The translations under genes were made by a program, and so were the position numbers. A stretch of DNA of 64,000 bases from Spirochaetota bacterium (GTDB lineage Bacteria; Spirochaetota; UBA12135; COTS27; CBDBHE01), in NCBI GenBank assembly GCA_965205605.1, contig CBDBHE010000007.1, forward strand, positions 288,001 to 352,000, written 5' to 3'. The notes under the pieces were generated by a model that saw nothing but the letters and a program-made list of their open reading frames with translations, searched no databases and was not told the DNA's origin. This document shows, piece by piece, positions 59,237-64,000 of the stretch; the stretch's first letter is position 1; every line of letters begins with the position of its first letter.

Positions 59237-59965
59237 TCATCTTTTTAAAGCGACCCTTTTTGAAGCCATCAAAGCTCTCATCGATCTTTCATATTTAGAA
59301 AATTGCAAACGAGGCAAATGAAAAGCAACCACTAACTGTTTAGCCCAAAAAGGAGCTTGAGCTTCTTTTTTAATTTTAATTTCAAGAATAGCAGCATTTT
59401 TTGAAGGGAGCATTTTATTTTCAAACGAATGCGTTTTGGGAAGGGCTATTTGAGAAGTAAGGGGTTGGTTTAAAATATTTTGATCTAAAGTGACACGTAG
59501 CGTTTTGTCTTGAGAAACCCAGCTACGCCTTAAATAATGAATCAAAATCACCGGCTGAAACGAAGAAGAAGAAGAAAAAAAACGATCCTTTTGATGGATG
59601 GTTAAACTTTTTGCCCAATTTAAAAAATCACTTAAAGAAGTTTTAGGAAATGATGTTAAAACCAGTCTGTCTTTTGCTGACACTTTACCCCATTTTTTCT
59701 TTTTTTCAAGCCAAACTTTCTTTGGCATCTCCTCGAGCAAATTGGTATACATCCTAAGACGCAATTTAAACCGAATCGGATCTCGCCTCCTATGCGCCTG
59801 TAAACAACTAAACAATGCGTCTTCAAAATAAACAGACGTATACCTCACCCCATCTCGACGAGAGTACGAGTCCATCGGTAAATAAGAAGAAAAATACTTG
59901 ATAAAACTTGTCACCATCTCTGGATACACCAAGTATTTTTTTTCAATTCTTTGGTCCATCTTCAT
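59237..59965 (-). CDS. VTC-domain polyphosphate polymerase-like protein
   Basis: RIEKKY, SVYFE, RFKLRLRMY, LEKK, YLRRS, RVTLD, ILEIK, FSKY. Confidence 0.85.
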   Translation of the reverse strand: MKMDQRIEKKYLVYPEMVTSFIKYFSSYLPMDSYSRRDGVRYTSVYFEDALFSCLQAHRRRDPIRFKLRLRMYTNLLEEMPKKVWLEKKKKWGKVSAKDRLVLTSFPKTSLSDFLNWAKSLTIHQKDRFFSSSSSFQPVILIHYLRRSWVSQDKTLRVTLDQNILNQPLTSQIALPKTHSFENKMLPSKNAAILEIKIKKEAQAPFWAKQLVVAFHLPRLQFSKYERSMRALMASKRVALKR

Positions 59966-60322
59966 GGTTGCTTTTCCTCTGAAATTTAATAAAAAAAATC
60001 AATCGATTTATTATAGCATTAAGTATTTAAAATAAAAAAATTAATGCTGCCAAGCCTCCGTTTCGATTTCTATCATCAGCTAAACCCAAATGATTTTCGA
60101 CTTGCTCTTACTCTTGTTCTTGTTCTTTCTTTTACAAAATTTAACCCCCATTTTACAATCTTCAAAAAAACACAACGCCCTATTAAAGCAATAAAAGCAT
60201 TTTAAGGCATCATTCAAAATTAAACAAGGCAGGATTTTAAGTGATGGCAATGTCACCGAAGATATTTTTTTTGAGGAAATAAAGAATGTTATAATAAAAA
60301 AATAATTATTTTTAATTAATCA

Positions 60323-61115
60323 TTGCAAAGGAAAAAAACAATGAAAAAAATTTTAATGTTCCTATGGTTTCATTTTTTATGTGTTAGTTTTATTTATAGC
60401 CAAGACTCTAGTGAGAAGAAACATCATTTACTGCTCAAAGCAGGTGGATCGTTTCCAACGGTAGGGACTTTTTCAGATGAAGAAGGGTTAGTAGACCCCT
60501 TAGATATCTTGACGGGATTTAATATTGGCATCCGGTATCAATATTTACTCACCCCAATGAAACCTGAAAAAGCTTATTTTTTGATTAATCTTGGAGCTGA
60601 CTATATCTTAAACCCCGAAGAAAATTCTGAAGATCGTCTTGCAGAAGGCCTTTCCAGCGAATTTTCGGTTGACGTTGACGTTGACCACAAGGGTGATTTT
60701 ACTTATCTCAACATTCCCGTTCTTTTTGGACTGACAGCAGGCTTTCAAATCGATGAATCGGTAGACGTTTTTGCCACCTTAGAAGGAGGACTTAGCTTTT
60801 TTAACTTGCTTTATCCAGAAGAGACTGTTGTCAAAGTTAATCAAGAAAGGTCTTTTATCATTACCCCTAATGAAGTAGAGGGTCTTATAAAGCCGTGTTT
60901 ATCCATCCATAGGGGGAGGCATTAAAATTGCCAAGCGATTTATTGTGTATGGGGAATATTTTACGCTTATCAATTCTGAAGATACGATTGAAAGTGAGGT
61001 TGGGTTTCAATTCTTAGGGGAGATTAGAGAGATTGTTTCAGATCAAGAAGTTGCATTGCAACATAACCTAGGACAGGTTGCTCTTTTAAAATTTGGAGTG
61101 GGGTTTCTTTTTTAG
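60323..61115 (+). pseudogene. Outer-membrane beta-barrel protein interrupted by a 4-bp duplication
   Basis: Removing one ATCC at ~60901-60908 restores the frame to ...LSIGGGIKIAKRFIVYGEY...LKFGVGFLF* (TAG 61113-61115). Confidence 0.75.
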
Positions 61116-61133
61116 TTTTTTTTTTTAAAAGAA

Positions 61134-62015
61134 TTATTTTAAACAAGAGAGAAACTCGATAAGTTTATCGATGCGTTTTAAGGCTGGTGTTTTAGTGTGA
61201 GCTAAATAATCAGCTGCTTGCTCAAATGTTTGGATAAACTGTTTTTCATTTTTTTGATGAATGGAGCGAAAGAGTTTTTTTTGGACTCTTAGATACTCTT
61301 TTAAAACTGGGCCAACAAACTTGTTTTTCATTGAGATACTGGCGTAAAGAGAAGGGTCTTGAGCTAAGATACGAGTGGCCAGATCGATTTGGATTTTATA
61401 AAGAGGCGAAGAGAATGTTTTGATTTGGTTTTGGTCGATACCAAGAGAGGCTAAAGTCCCAATCAAATTGATCGCTGTAAAATGAATCAAACCCTGCACC
61501 ACACTCATCATTTGATCATGAAATAAAGGCGTACTAAGGGTGACTAAAGCGCCTTCTTTTTTTAAAAAAGTGGTTATAAACGAAAGCCAAGGACTATTTT
61601 TTTCACTAGGGCAAAGGACCACGACTTGGTTTTTAAGAGTTTTAAGATGAGGGCCAAAAACAGGGTGGGCACCAATGACTTGGCAGTGAGCATGCTGCTT
61701 CATCAGCTCAAAAGGTTTTTGTTTGATGGAAATAAGGTCCATGAGCAGGCCATGTTTTCCGACAAGAGGAGCGAGGTCTTTAATGACCCGCTCACACCCA
61801 CTGATAGGCACAGAAAGGATGAGAATATCACTTTTTTTAGCACACTCTTTCATTGAAAGTGACGTCGAACGAGAAGCAATGAGGGTTTTATGGCCTTTTT
61901 TTTCAAACAGCTTCTTAAACAACTGTCCCATGTTACCCTTGCCTCCAATGATGCCAATGACATACGGAGGCTTGGGAAGCTTTGGAAGCTTTTTTTTAAT
62001 CGATTTTATGATCAC
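61134..62015 (-). CDS. tyrA: Prephenate dehydrogenase
   Basis: IIGGKGNMG, DLISIK, HPVFGP, HDQMMSVVQGLIH, QDPSLYASI. Confidence 0.88.
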   Translation of the reverse strand: MIIKSIKKKLPKLPKPPYVIGIIGGKGNMGQLFKKLFEKKGHKTLIASRSTSLSMKECAKKSDILILSVPISGCERVIKDLAPLVGKHGLLMDLISIKQKPFELMKQHAHCQVIGAHPVFGPHLKTLKNQVVVLCPSEKNSPWLSFITTFLKKEGALVTLSTPLFHDQMMSVVQGLIHFTAINLIGTLASLGIDQNQIKTFSSPLYKIQIDLATRILAQDPSLYASISMKNKFVGPVLKEYLRVQKKLFRSIHQKNEKQFIQTFEQAADYLAHTKTPALKRIDKLIEFLSCLK

Positions 62016-62145
62016 AAAAAGGCTCTTAAACTCTTTCTTAGACTCTTAAAAGTCGATTTTATTTCATCGTTTTTTTTTGCCCTTGCCTGCTCTAAAAAAG
62101 AAATTTTCTCAAAATATAAACTCAAGTACTCACTCATTAAATGAC

Positions 62146-63948
<1,803 letters not shown>

Positions 63949-64000
63949 TTAAAGAGAGATTTTTTAATTTTATTATAAAATATCCTTTCATGATATTCTT

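Noticed and set aside
55175-61115. Diversity-generating retroelement template/variable repeat pair
   Set aside because: Differences are indels and mostly third-position changes, not adenine-specific; no reverse transcriptase present. The same applies to the 7351/8100 paralogues.

Overview
AT-rich, homopolymer-rich chromosomal window from a diderm bacterium (LptE-like lipoprotein, several outer-membrane beta-barrels); the taxon cannot be fixed from the sequence alone. Most of it is scattered housekeeping genes (menE, purN, dusB, hisB, tsaD, His6-type hisA, folB, dapE, htpG, cca, rplM-rpsI, dapB, cyoE, ung, tyrA, thiC) plus a VTC/DUF4956/CotH/porin cluster. The main feature is a ~21.5 kb phage-derived block (about 16.8-38.2 kb). 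It has a compact siphovirus-like head-tail-lysis set on the minus strand and a divergent replication-initiator module, but no recognisable integrase, repressor or att site. Its genes have the host's local composition and only frame-preserving repeat insertions, and its intergenic gaps hold about 25 copies of a degenerate modular motif not seen elsewhere in the window. The strongest GC-skew inversion in the window sits at its initiator gene. Together these suggest a domesticated, gene-transfer-agent-like element, possibly with run-off replication; this is inference and untested. Other oddities: saw-tooth GC skew that flips every few kb regardless of gene direction, an ORF that reads the same repeat DNA in two frames, and many short tandem duplications at stop codons and ribosome-binding sites. 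Protein calls come from motif recognition by eye; no searches were run.
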